Positions 1 to 8,536 of a DNA stretch of 32,000 nucleotides are shown piece after piece (position 1 is the stretch's first letter; each line of letters starts with the position of its first letter). Position numbers and translations under genes: made by a program. The notes under the pieces are model-generated. The model searched no databases. It was not told the origin of the DNA and was given only the letters and a program-made list of their open reading frames with translations. The DNA lies in contig CAZVAJ010000004.1 of NCBI GenBank assembly GCA_964625085.1, positions 28,614 through 60,613 of the forward strand. The letters run 5' to 3'. The stretch comes from Candidatus Micrarchaeota archaeon (GTDB lineage: Archaea; B1Sed10-29; JAJSAI01).

Positions 1-315
1 CTGTGCGACCTGGAGAACCTTAGCCAGCAGGAATCAGCGGAAAAAATGAACATATCACAGCCCACGTTCAACCGGATCCTAAACTCGGCAAAAAACAAGA
101 TCGCTGACGCGATCGTAAACGGCAAAGCCATAAGAATAGAAGGAGGTGTCTATGAAATGGCGTTTGGAAAAGGGCGTGGAAGAGGACCGTACGCAGCAGG
201 CCCTGGAGGAGTATGCAAGTGCCCCAACTGTGGATACGAACAACCACATGCCCCAGGCCAACCTTGCACACAACTGATCTGCCCAAAATGCAAAACAAGG
301 ATGATTAGAGCATGA
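1..315 (+). CDS. DUF134/UPF0251-family putative DNA-binding protein with C-terminal zinc ribbon (5' end outside window)
   Basis: The frame is open from nt 1. [49 protein letters not shown] resembles the sigma-70 region-4-like HTH of DUF134. The C-terminus carries CKCPNCG...CPKCK. The stop overlaps the next ATG (ATGA at 312-315). Confidence 0.75.
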   Translation: MCDLENLSQQESAEKMNISQPTFNRILNSAKNKIADAIVNGKAIRIEGGVYEMAFGKGRGRGPYAAGPGGVCKCPNCGYEQPHAPGQPCTQLICPKCKTRMIRA

Positions 316-731
316 ACAGGAAAAAAGAAGCATTATTAAAAGCTGTGAAAAGCATCTGGAACTCTCTGCCAATACTGATAGGCATGGTGCTTTTGATAAG
401 CCTTGCCAAAACATGTATTCCAACCAAAACAATTACATCACTGTTTACAGACAACCAAATCATAGGACCTGTTACCGGAAGTATTCTTGGAAGCATTTTT
501 GCAGGAAACCCTATAACAAGCTACATAGTAGGAGGGGAACTTCTAAAACAAGGGGTGGGCCTCATCACAGTAACAGCTTTCCTTCTTGCGTGGGTGACAG
601 TAGGAATCGTGCAACTGCCTGCAGAAGCCATACTACTGGGAAAAAAGTTCGCTTTCACGCGAAATGCAGTAGCGTTCCTGCTGTCAATAGCAGGAGCGCT
701 GCTTACAGCAGGGCTGGTGAGTGTGATATGA
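312..731 (+). CDS. Predicted permease, N-terminal half of a split DUF318/ArsP-like permease
   Basis: 139 aa with about 4 hydrophobic helices. ATGA overlaps link it to both neighbours. It sits in the recurrent DUF134 / permease / NifX-like gene context. Confidence 0.65.
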   Translation: MNRKKEALLKAVKSIWNSLPILIGMVLLISLAKTCIPTKTITSLFTDNQIIGPVTGSILGSIFAGNPITSYIVGGELLKQGVGLITVTAFLLAWVTVGIVQLPAEAILLGKKFAFTRNAVAFLLSIAGALLTAGLVSVI

Positions 732-1231
732 CAAGCGAAAAAAGCCGGGCAGGATGGTACTTTCTTATTACAGTAGTTTTACTGTACTTGCTGGTGTTCA
801 CATTCTCTCCAGAAACTGGCTCGAACGCGGTTTTGTTCACTGGCAGTATATTCGTACAGCTGATTCCAATGATCCTGCTGATAATAGGCCTGACTGCCCT
901 GATGAACTACTACGTGAAACCAAAAACTCTCGTAAACCACATGGGCAAAGGCTCTGGTATAAAAGGGTGGATTATAGCAACAGCATCAGGAATTATTTCA
1001 ACAGGACCCATTTACATGTGGTATCCTCTGCTTAGCGAACTAAAAAACCATGGTGTCAGGAACGCGTTAATCGCAAGCTTCCTGTACAACAGAGCAGTAA
1101 AAATCCCTTTACTACCCCTGCTTGTGTTCTACTTCGGCGTGAAGTATGCCATGGTACTGACTATAGTAACCGTCTCATTGTCAATTATCGCAGGCTGGCT
1201 AACCGAAAAAATAATAGAGGTGATAAAATGA
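728..1231 (+). CDS. Predicted permease, C-terminal half of the split permease
   Basis: The in-frame ATG at 728 ([17 protein letters not shown]...) overlaps the upstream stop (ATGA). The product is hydrophobic, about 167 aa. The track ORF 413..1231 extends upstream only as an out-of-frame read through the previous gene. Confidence 0.65.
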   Translation: MTSEKSRAGWYFLITVVLLYLLVFTFSPETGSNAVLFTGSIFVQLIPMILLIIGLTALMNYYVKPKTLVNHMGKGSGIKGWIIATASGIISTGPIYMWYPLLSELKNHGVRNALIASFLYNRAVKIPLLPLLVFYFGVKYAMVLTIVTVSLSIIAGWLTEKIIEVIK

Positions 1232-1536
1232 AAATTGCAGTAGCGTCAGAAGGCCCTGACGAAAATGCAGACGTGTGCCCAACAGCAGGACGCGCGCCAT
1301 GGTACCTCATATTCGAGGACAAAAAACTCGTGAAAAGCATGCGGAACCCGTTTGCAAGAGGGAGTGGCGGCGCTGGCTTTGGAGTGGCGCAGATGCTTGC
1401 AAATGAGGGGGTAACAAAAGTAATAAGCGGAAAATTCGGACAGAACATGATACAAGCGATGCAGGAAAAGGGAATGGAGTACACTGAAATCAAAGGAAGT
1501 ACTGTAAAGCAAGCAATTGAGGAGGTAACCAAATGA
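1228..1536 (+). CDS. NifX/NifB-C-terminal-like (dinitrogenase Fe-Mo cofactor biosynthesis domain) protein
   Basis: MKIAVASEG...GRAPWYLIF...GVTKVISGKFGQNMIQAMQEKGM matches the typical PF02579-type pattern. GAGGTGAT SD lies upstream, and the start forms an ATGA overlap. Confidence 0.8.
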   Translation: MKIAVASEGPDENADVCPTAGRAPWYLIFEDKKLVKSMRNPFARGSGGAGFGVAQMLANEGVTKVISGKFGQNMIQAMQEKGMEYTEIKGSTVKQAIEEVTK

Positions 1537-1865
1537 AAATCGCAATACCCATAAACGGGAAAAAATCAGAAGAACTGGCAGAACATTTCGGCAGGTGCCC
1601 TGCATACGCAGTACTAAACGAAAAGGGAGAACTAACAGGAACCATAGATAATACAAGCGAACACGCTGGAGGAACTGGGCTTCCTCCAGAACTGCTGAAA
1701 AAACAGGGTATAACAATACTCATATGCAAAGGCATAGGGCCCAAAGCCATAAACGCATGCAAGGAAGATGGGATAACAGTTTACACAACAACCGCACAAA
1801 CAATAAATCAAGCATTCAAAGAATGGGAAAACAACGAATTAAAATCAGCAACGCCGTGCAAATGA
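1533..1865 (+). CDS. NifX/NifB-C-terminal-like protein (second paralogue)
   Basis: MKIAIPINGKKSEELAEHFGRCPAYAVLN...GITILICKGIGPKAINACKEDGI contains the HFGR motif typical of the family. GAGGAGGT SD lies upstream, and the start forms an ATGA overlap. Confidence 0.8.
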   Translation: MKIAIPINGKKSEELAEHFGRCPAYAVLNEKGELTGTIDNTSEHAGGTGLPPELLKKQGITILICKGIGPKAINACKEDGITVYTTTAQTINQAFKEWENNELKSATPCK

Positions 1866-1878
1866 AAAAGCAACAAGA

Positions 1879-2286
1879 TCACACAATACTAAAAGAACCC
1901 TCAACCAGCATAGAATACCTTTCGTACAATTTTTTCACCTGCCTTTCCCCAACACGCACCTTGCCAAAACACCTGTGGGGCACAAGGGCTCCTGAAAAAG
2001 TTTTAGGAATGTGCAAGAGCTCGTGAATCAAGGTCTTGTCTTTCTCAGGCTCAGGTAGTTTATCATACCTTTCTGAAATCACTTCTATCACATAGTGGGG
2101 GTCAAGAACAAGCGCAAGCTGCCAAACCTTGGGAAGCTCCCATATCCTCGCAATAGCATTAGTACGTGTCTTGTAACTCCGGATAGCAGTCACCTTAGTG
2201 GCATCAATGTGCCCGAACTCTTCTTCAAGAACTTTGACTATCAAATGAATCTTGTCCTGAACATCTGGAGCAAGTTCTATTTTCAT
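1879..2286 (-). CDS. Predicted zinc metallopeptidase (HExxH; small archaeal COG4900-like family)
   Basis: 135 aa with an HELLH motif followed by IPKTFSG. It is translationally coupled (ATGA at 2283-2286) to the upstream S2P protease gene. Confidence 0.6.
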   Translation of the reverse strand: MKIELAPDVQDKIHLIVKVLEEEFGHIDATKVTAIRSYKTRTNAIARIWELPKVWQLALVLDPHYVIEVISERYDKLPEPEKDKTLIHELLHIPKTFSGALVPHRCFGKVRVGERQVKKLYERYSMLVEGSFSIV

Positions 2287-3353
2287 ATTCCCAACTCCGC
2301 AAGCCTGACCAAACGGTCTAGTGAAAGCTTGTCAACAACCCCTATTATTTTCCTGTTGTGGACAACCGGAATAATCGTGACATTGTACTTGTTCATTCTT
2401 TTCAGGATCGTGTCAAGACTGCTTGCCGGAGAAGCAGGAGGAACATAAACTGAGACCTTCCGCGCGGGAGTATTTGGCCATTCAGTTTTAGGCACTTCTG
2501 AAACGTGCGCCAGCCCTGTCACCCTCACACCCCTGCCTTTAGCATGAACCAGCGCAGAAGTTGCGTTATACCTCATCATCTTTCTGACAAGTTCCAAAAC
2601 AGGCTCTTCTGAATCAACAACAAGAAACATGTTAGTAACAAAATCTCCTGCCTTGTACCGCCTAAGAAGCTTGAGTACTGAAAGTGACTGGTACTCGGCA
2701 GAAGCCCCAAGCATTACAAAAATGCCTATAATTATCAGCCAGATGTTTCCAGCAATAAAGCCCACAATTACCATCAGCATTGAAAGGAATATGCTTATGT
2801 TTCTTGCAATCCTTGTAGCCCGCAAAACCCCTACCTTCATAGCAAGAACCGCGCGAAGCACCCTCCCCCCATCAAGGGGAAAAGCAGGTATGACCAAATT
2901 AAAGAAGCCTAGTATAAAGTTTGCCCAAAAGGCGTAGAACACAGTGAACTCGATCAGGCTAAGATCAGGCACACTGCCTGAAAAAAAGGAATCAAGCCAC
3001 TGCATCAGAGGCATCCCGGACGCAGCCGCTATAACGTAAAACAACGCCATCATCACAAAATTAAAAGCAGGGCCTGCAACAGCCATCACGAACTCGTCCT
3101 TGGGGTTTATGTCCGTGATGTCCATCACAGCCATCCCGCCTATTGGAAGCAGGATTATCTTTTTTACGCTGATCCCTCTTCTTACCGCAACAAGAGAGTG
3201 AGAAAACTCGTGAAGAGTAACAAAAAGGAACACGAACAAAAGCAAGAGCATAAAAGACCAGTCAAGAAGAAGAATCATCAGCAAGAATAACACGAACGAC
3301 CAGTGCAGTTCAAGGTCTATTCCAAACAGCGAAAACAATTTATAGTTTCTCAA
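2283..3353 (-). CDS. Site-2 protease family (M50) intramembrane metalloprotease with C-terminal CBS pair
   Basis: HEFSHSLV (HExxH) lies in a TM helix, and FPLDGGR supplies the third ligand region. The core is polytopic and the tail is CBS-like. Only a TTG start (3351-3353) keeps the conserved N-terminus, because an in-frame stop lies just upstream. Confidence 0.9.
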   Translation of the reverse strand: MRNYKLFSLFGIDLELHWSFVLFLLMILLLDWSFMLLLLFVFLFVTLHEFSHSLVAVRRGISVKKIILLPIGGMAVMDITDINPKDEFVMAVAGPAFNFVMMALFYVIAAASGMPLMQWLDSFFSGSVPDLSLIEFTVFYAFWANFILGFFNLVIPAFPLDGGRVLRAVLAMKVGVLRATRIARNISIFLSMLMVIVGFIAGNIWLIIIGIFVMLGASAEYQSLSVLKLLRRYKAGDFVTNMFLVVDSEEPVLELVRKMMRYNATSALVHAKGRGVRVTGLAHVSEVPKTEWPNTPARKVSVYVPPASPASSLDTILKRMNKYNVTIIPVVHNRKIIGVVDKLSLDRLVRLAELGI

Positions 3354-3366
3354 CCCTCATTCCTCC

Positions 3367-3543
3367 ATGACCGACGTTATGGGCACGTGCGATATATGTG
3401 GTAAACCCAGCAGAACTTTATATACCTGCTGGAAATGTGGCAGGAAAGTGTGCCCAGAGCATCATGATCCTGAAACAGGACTGTGCATAGTATGTGCATC
3501 ACAGCTTAAAAAAGGGGGGCCTGCACCTTGGACAAAGAAATAA
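3367..3543 (+). CDS. Small (58 aa) cysteine-rich zinc-finger protein
   Basis: This ORF is not in the supplied track. It reads MTDVMGTCDICGKPSRTLYTCWKCGRKVCPEHHDPETGLCIVCASQLKKGGPAPWTKK. The spacing CxxC-x8-CxxC-x4-C-x2-HH-x7-CxxC suggests a cross-brace two-zinc module. The gene starts 13 nt from the divergent S2P start. Confidence 0.5.
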   Translation: MTDVMGTCDICGKPSRTLYTCWKCGRKVCPEHHDPETGLCIVCASQLKKGGPAPWTKK

Positions 3544-4664
3544 GGAGCATAAGCTTGCTTTCAGGGTGCTCTCCAGAACGGATAAGATCACTCCTAGAAA
3601 AAGGAGTGTTGCAAAGGGTGGGCATGGATCCTGTTTATTACAGATTCAGACACAGACACAGAAAAATAGAAAAAGGCACAGTTATTTTTCCAGAAGAAAA
3701 AGAGATCATAAAAGGGTACCCGAAAATAAGAAGATTGTACACGCTCGAAAAAGGCCTTGGGAAATACTTTCCTAACAGGTTCTATGCAGAGGAAAAGCTT
3801 GATGGTTACAATGTAAGGGTTGCTCTTGTTGGGAATGAAAAGTACGCGCTTACAAGAGGAGGTGTAATCTGCCCGTACACGACTGAAAGGATAAAAAGAC
3901 AGGAAAAACAGGTGGCAGAATTCCTGGAAGAAAACCCTGAAAAAGTGTTGTGCGGAGAAGTGATAGGACTGGAAAACCCCTACCAGGAAAAAAGTTATCC
4001 TGAAGCAAGAGAATTCGGGTACTACATTTTTGACGTTAGGGACAAGAAAACCAACAAACCCCTTCCGGTAGAGAAGCGCAGGCGCGTGCTAGAAGAACAC
4101 AAGGTGAAACAGGTTCCTTTGCTTGGTTTGTTCAGACCGCGTGACTGGAAAAAACTGCTGACAGAAGTTAGAATGCTAGGAAACCAGGGCAGGGAAGGAG
4201 TAGTACTAAAATCTCCTGACATGAAAACAGTGATAAAGTACACAAGCAACCAGAACACGAACAGGGACCTTGAGTACGCTTTCAGATTCTACTCTGACTA
4301 CGGGCAGGCTTTCTTCTTCAGGAGAATAGTCAGAGAAGCTTTCCAGGCGTGGGAAACAGGCCTGGAAGGAAAAGCACTTGAGCAGGAAGCAGCCAGGCTG
4401 GGCAAAAGCATCATGTTTCCAATGGTGCAGACAATTCGGGAGATCGCTAACGGGAAAGAGGTTACAGAAGACTTTACGATAACCATGCCCTCCCGCAAGT
4501 TAGGGGAAGAATTTATCCAGCACCTTGAGCACCTCGGGATAGTCATAAGGGTGAACAAGATAGAAAAAACAAAAGAAGGCTACAAGTTCTGGATAAGCAG
4601 AAGGTACCAGAGCACGAATGACAAAACCAAACATTACATAGACGGAGGGCTTAGCGAGGAATGA
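3528..4664 (+). CDS. ATP-dependent RNA ligase, archaeal Rnl3 (Pab1020-like) family
   Basis: The nucleotidyl-transferase motif I is EEKLDGYNVRV (the KxDG lysine). LTRGGVICPYTTERI and the N-terminal domain are colinear with my recollection of Pyrococcus Pab1020. The start is either TTG 3528 or the in-frame TTG 3555, which is preceded by AAGGAG. Confidence 0.88.
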   Translation: MDKEIRSISLLSGCSPERIRSLLEKGVLQRVGMDPVYYRFRHRHRKIEKGTVIFPEEKEIIKGYPKIRRLYTLEKGLGKYFPNRFYAEEKLDGYNVRVALVGNEKYALTRGGVICPYTTERIKRQEKQVAEFLEENPEKVLCGEVIGLENPYQEKSYPEAREFGYYIFDVRDKKTNKPLPVEKRRRVLEEHKVKQVPLLGLFRPRDWKKLLTEVRMLGNQGREGVVLKSPDMKTVIKYTSNQNTNRDLEYAFRFYSDYGQAFFFRRIVREAFQAWETGLEGKALEQEAARLGKSIMFPMVQTIREIANGKEVTEDFTITMPSRKLGEEFIQHLEHLGIVIRVNKIEKTKEGYKFWISRRYQSTNDKTKHYIDGGLSEE

Positions 4665-4901
4665 GGATCATGCCAAACTAATAAAAAACCCGGAGTCCTT
4701 CTTATCTGGCATGAACTCAAGACTTTCTTGCTAACACTCGAATCCCTAACAGGAAAAAGTAACTGTGTTATATGCGATCAGAAGTCAACCTAAAAAAGAG
4801 CGCGTGCTAAAAATAAAAACAGGCGGCTTCTGACTCTCAAATTTCCTTCGGCATCGTTGCACTAAAATTTTGTCCTGTGGGGAGCATAACAGCGATTATA
4901 T

Positions 4902-5387
4902 TCAATTTCCTCCATGGCGCTTCTTATATTCATCCTGAATAAATTTTGGTGCATATGATAAATATTTCTTTTGTAAAATTGGGGGTAATGTGAAAAAATC
5001 ACCTTCAACGATTCCTATACAATTTTTACTTCCACACTTACATTTCATTTTCCAGCCTTCATCCAATGCACTTATACGATAGTCCGTGGTTATCTCTTCA
5101 CCTTTCTTAATGGATTTTAGAGCATAAGCAGATTTTCCTTTAAAAATTGTATTTGGATCACAAGAATGATTAATGAAACATTCAGGAGATCGTTGCACTT
5201 CAAAGACTCCTTTTTCAATTTGATTGATGTGTTCTTGTTCTTCTGGTGGAAGTTTAGGAAAATCTTTTGATTTTATAATTTTACCTTTTCTGCTTCTAAA
5301 AATAAATTCTCCTTTCTTGAAATTTTTTAATGCAAAAACTCCTTTGCCCTTTTCTTTTGTTTCTTTAACTATTACGTCTTTGATCAT
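4902..5387 (-). CDS. SET-domain protein lysine methyltransferase
   Basis: Motifs present: GKGVFA, FINHSCDPN (the NHSCxPN motif), EEITTDY, and a post-SET-like CKCGSKNC. The gene is markedly AT-rich and is flanked by 237-bp and 209-bp spacers. Confidence 0.88.
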   Translation of the reverse strand: MIKDVIVKETKEKGKGVFALKNFKKGEFIFRSRKGKIIKSKDFPKLPPEEQEHINQIEKGVFEVQRSPECFINHSCDPNTIFKGKSAYALKSIKKGEEITTDYRISALDEGWKMKCKCGSKNCIGIVEGDFFTLPPILQKKYLSYAPKFIQDEYKKRHGGN

Positions 5388-5596
5388 ATTTTAGAGTTAT
5401 AATCTGTTTATTTATAATTTCATCGGAGTCAGCCCATGAACTTTTGAGGCACTCACTTTGTTGCGCTCCTCGACCACACTTCACTCGTCAGGAAGCACGG
5501 ATTGACTCAACTCTCATGCAAAACAAAAAAGTTACTGCATAATAAATGTTTTGAACATAAAAACCAATAAAAAGAACGAACGAGTTTATTGACACC

Positions 5597-6517
5597 ATGT
5601 ACTCAAAACTGGTTACTGCAGCAGGCCTTGTGTGGGATCGCATGGACCTCAAGCCAGAAGAATCTTTTCTCGTGCTCACTGATCACTCTGCTGACAAGAA
5701 CGTGGCTGATGCCTTGTTCAAAGCAGGAAGAATGATATCAGAAAAAGGATTTTTCGTGAACATGCCTCCGACAGGAGAGCATGGAAAAGAACCTGGCGCC
5801 GGGATCACAAAACTTATGAGAGAATGCAGTGCAGTTGTGTGCCCGACAACATTCTCGCTCACTCACACGAAAGCTAGGAAAAAAGCCGCAGAACACGGGG
5901 CAAGAGTGGCAACAATGCCAGGCATAACGTCAGAGATTTTCACGAGGGCTCTGGACGTGGACTATAAGAGCATGACCGACCTCGGTAACAGGATAAAAAG
6001 ACTGCTGGAAAAAGAAGGCAAGATCAAGGTGACAACACCCACAGGAACCAACATTGTATTCAAGATAAAACAGGCCATAGTAGATGACGGGAACATTTCT
6101 TCCCCTGGAGCGTACGGAAACCTGCCTGCAGGGGAAGTATTCGGAATCCCTGTGGACGCGAACGGAGTAATAGTAATTGACCACTTTCCCCACGCTAAAC
6201 CAAGGACAAAACTGTACGTTAAGAACAGCAGTGTAAGAGAAATTGAAGGAGATCCAGAGTTCTGGAATAAAATCAAGCGCGTGAAAAACGCAACACACTT
6301 AGCAGAGTTCGGGATAGGCCTGAATCCTAGCGCAAGGCTCAGTGGAAGAATTCTTGAGGAAGAAAAGATGTTAGGAACAGTGCACTTCGCGATAGGCTCA
6401 GACCATTACTTCGGTGGAAAAGTCAAAGCAGGCCTGCACTGGGACATGATCCTGCTCAAGCCCACTGTTCAGGCAGGAAAAACAGACGTGATGATAGAAG
6501 GAGAAATGATCCTATGA
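5597..6517 (+). CDS. Aminopeptidase, M29/aminopeptidase-T-like (COG2309-type)
   Basis: 306 aa. NLPAGEVF, AEFGIGLNP, EEEKMLGTVHFAIG and HWDM are characteristic of thermophilic metalloaminopeptidase-like proteins. Confidence 0.75.
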   Translation: MYSKLVTAAGLVWDRMDLKPEESFLVLTDHSADKNVADALFKAGRMISEKGFFVNMPPTGEHGKEPGAGITKLMRECSAVVCPTTFSLTHTKARKKAAEHGARVATMPGITSEIFTRALDVDYKSMTDLGNRIKRLLEKEGKIKVTTPTGTNIVFKIKQAIVDDGNISSPGAYGNLPAGEVFGIPVDANGVIVIDHFPHAKPRTKLYVKNSSVREIEGDPEFWNKIKRVKNATHLAEFGIGLNPSARLSGRILEEEKMLGTVHFAIGSDHYFGGKVKAGLHWDMILLKPTVQAGKTDVMIEGEMIL

Positions 6518-7449
6518 TGCTCGCGTATGGAGAAGGATGGTGCCAGTACTACACAGGAGTTAGAGTCAGCGGATACGTTCTGATCAAGAAAAACGAAACA
6601 GTGCTCTTCACAAAAGAGCCGCGCCTGAAAACAAAAAGCCGCATTCTCAACACAGCGCCGGAAGAATACCTGAAGAAAACTAAAAAACTGGGCATAGTGT
6701 ACGAGGGGTTCCCGTTACCAGAATACAACAAATTGAAAAAAACAGGATTAAAAATTTATGATTCCTCTGAAAAAGCCTGGGAAAAAAGAAAGGTAAAACA
6801 AAAGGAAGAGATCAGAAAACTGAAAAAAGCAGTTGCCTGGACTGCTAAAGTTTTCCAAGAGACCCTACCTGAAGTCACGCCAGGGATGACTGAAAAACAC
6901 GTAGCTGCAGTAATAGCAGGAAAACTGCTGGAAAAAGCAGAAGCACTTTCCTTCCCACTCATAGTTGCAAGCGGGCCTAACACCGAACATATTCACTGGT
7001 ACCCGACCAACCGTAAGATAAAAAGAGGGGACCTTGTGATAATAGACGCTGGAGTCATCATGAACGGGTATTGTTCTGACATGACCAGGACTCTCCTGCT
7101 GGGAAACGATAAAAAGAAAAAGGAGTTAATTGAAGCGTGCAAGCAAGCACACATCTCGCTGCAGGATCACGCTCCCAGAACCCTAGAAGACACTGTTAGC
7201 GTCATAGAACAAGCGCTGGGAGAAAAGAAGAGGTTAACAAAATACGCGTACGGGCATGGAATAGGCATTGACGTGCACGAGCCTCCAGTACTACGAAAAA
7301 ACGAAACAGGCCTGCTGAAAAAAGGAATGGTGCTCGCGATCGAACCAGGGCTGCATGTTAAAGGCCTTGGGGGTGCGAGAATAGAAGACGACTACTATTA
7401 TGATGGAAAAAAGTGGGAGATGCTGGCAAAATGCGAGAGGAGGTTCTAA
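6514..7449 (+). CDS. M24 family Xaa-Pro peptidase
   Basis: The pita-bread metal ligand set is present: VIIDAG, CSDMTRT, GHGIGIDVHEPP, LAIEPG, ARIEDD. The start forms an ATGA overlap with the upstream gene. Confidence 0.88.
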   Translation: MMLAYGEGWCQYYTGVRVSGYVLIKKNETVLFTKEPRLKTKSRILNTAPEEYLKKTKKLGIVYEGFPLPEYNKLKKTGLKIYDSSEKAWEKRKVKQKEEIRKLKKAVAWTAKVFQETLPEVTPGMTEKHVAAVIAGKLLEKAEALSFPLIVASGPNTEHIHWYPTNRKIKRGDLVIIDAGVIMNGYCSDMTRTLLLGNDKKKKELIEACKQAHISLQDHAPRTLEDTVSVIEQALGEKKRLTKYAYGHGIGIDVHEPPVLRKNETGLLKKGMVLAIEPGLHVKGLGGARIEDDYYYDGKKWEMLAKCERRF

Positions 7450-7982
7450 GGATACTGAAAAAACAGGCTCCTGTACTCTTCATAGTAATCATAATCACAG
7501 CATTGTGCTTTCCCCTGGACGAGCCTGTAGAGAATATCGTGAAAGATTACAGAAACCCGCAAACTGTAAAGGTGGCAGAAGCCCTCACCGTAATAGGCAA
7601 CGTGTACTACGGGATTCCGGCACTACTTGGGATCCTGTTCTTTGTCAGAAGAAAAGACTTTGGCAGGACCCTGCTGGCCGTGATCATGGCAATGACCGCT
7701 GTGTTCATAATAAAGGAAATTGTGAACAGGCCAAGGCCTGTTCCTGCAGGAAAGTTTGACGCATACCCTTCAGGGCATACTGCCGCATCATTTTCGTTCT
7801 TTGGAGTACTATCAGAAACCACGAAAACAAAACTGTTTCTTGCAGTGCCTTTCATGATTGGAGCAAGCAGAATAATCCTCGGCAGACACTACCTTAGCGA
7901 TGTGGTTATGGGAGCAGGAATAGGGGTTATAATGGCAATGGCTTCAGGAGATGTTCTGGAACTTATTCGGTCTCGAGCTTGA
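7413..7982 (+). CDS. PAP2-superfamily membrane phosphatase
   Basis: The acid-phosphatase motifs are present: KEIVNRPRP, PSGH, SRIILGRHYLSDV. There are several TM helices. An alternative start at ATG 7431 is possible. Confidence 0.85.
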   Translation: MGDAGKMREEVLRILKKQAPVLFIVIIITALCFPLDEPVENIVKDYRNPQTVKVAEALTVIGNVYYGIPALLGILFFVRRKDFGRTLLAVIMAMTAVFIIKEIVNRPRPVPAGKFDAYPSGHTAASFSFFGVLSETTKTKLFLAVPFMIGASRIILGRHYLSDVVMGAGIGVIMAMASGDVLELIRSRA

Positions 7983-8184
7983 ATATTACTGTGCTGCCTT
8001 TGAGAGTCTCGTAAACCTTATCCGCGAGAGCCACTGCATCCTCAACTGTTGCAGCCTTGTTCCAGTCATACACGTAGTCATAATTCCCGTGAATAGGCCG
8101 GAATCCCATTGACATAAGCCTTTGAGTAACATTACTCGTCCGGTCCCCTTGAGTATTAAACCAAAGAGTGAGGTATGATTTCAT
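7963..8184 (-). CDS. Small conserved hypothetical protein (73 aa), paralogue A
   Basis: It matches the neighbouring 73-aa ORF at 36 of 73 positions in an ungapped alignment, sharing MKxYxTLWFN, GNYD..YDW, ATVE and FKLET. Confidence 0.7.
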   Translation of the reverse strand: MKSYLTLWFNTQGDRTSNVTQRLMSMGFRPIHGNYDYVYDWNKAATVEDAVALADKVYETLKGSTVIFKLETE

Positions 8185-8190
8185 AACGCA

Positions 8191-8412
8191 TCACACTGTT
8201 TCAAGCTTGAAAAGAACAGCTGCTTCCTTAAGCAGGGCTTGTATCCGGTCTCCAAGGTCAAGAACTTCTTCAACAGTAGCTGGCCTTCCCCAGTCATACT
8301 CCATGTCATAGTTTCCTTTCACTGGCTTGAACCCTATGTCCTCAAGCTTCTGCACTATCTGGGACGGTGGAATGCCTTCACTGTTAAACCAAAGCGTGAT
8401 ATACGTTTTCAT
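8191..8412 (-). CDS. Small conserved hypothetical protein (73 aa), paralogue B
   Basis: It is a tandem paralogue of 7963..8184 with the same length and motifs, separated by a 6-nt spacer. Confidence 0.7.
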   Translation of the reverse strand: MKTYITLWFNSEGIPPSQIVQKLEDIGFKPVKGNYDMEYDWGRPATVEEVLDLGDRIQALLKEAAVLFKLETV

Positions 8413-8536
8413 GAAACATATTCCTGCTTAAGAGGTATAAAAAAGTTGTCTTCAGCGCAGGCATGTTTTTAAAGATCAAAACGTCTGACACGGTGCTAAA
8501 ATCCAGGATACTCATTTAAAGCAGGTTTCTGGAAAC

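Noticed and set aside
413-727. The upstream part of track ORF 413..1231.
   Set aside because: It overlaps the first permease half in another frame and translates to basic, non-membrane junk. The hydrophobic protein begins at ATG 728, which forms an ATGA junction with the upstream stop.
3494-3775. A 93-aa plus-strand ORF (MHHSLKKGGLHLGQRNKEHK...).
   Set aside because: It is an alternative frame over the zinc-finger 3' end and the RNA ligase 5' region. It is basic and low-complexity, and the ligase frame carries the conserved motifs.
4737-4746. CTCGAATCCC, which resembles a tRNA T-loop / 3' half and could be an integration-site remnant.
   Set aside because: No complementary T-stem, acceptor stem or anticodon arm can be drawn around it, so I do not call a tRNA or a tRNA fragment.
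4691-5537. Short words shared by the two spacers flanking the SET gene: CGGAGTC at 4691 and 5424, CATGAACT at 4710 and 5435, AAAAAGT(A/T)ACTG at 4754 and 5526. These could be direct repeats or att sites.
   Set aside because: The matches are only 7-12 nt, their spacing differs between the two sides, and such words are expected by chance in roughly 450 bp of AT-rich DNA. They are not convincing as att sites without an alignment statistic.
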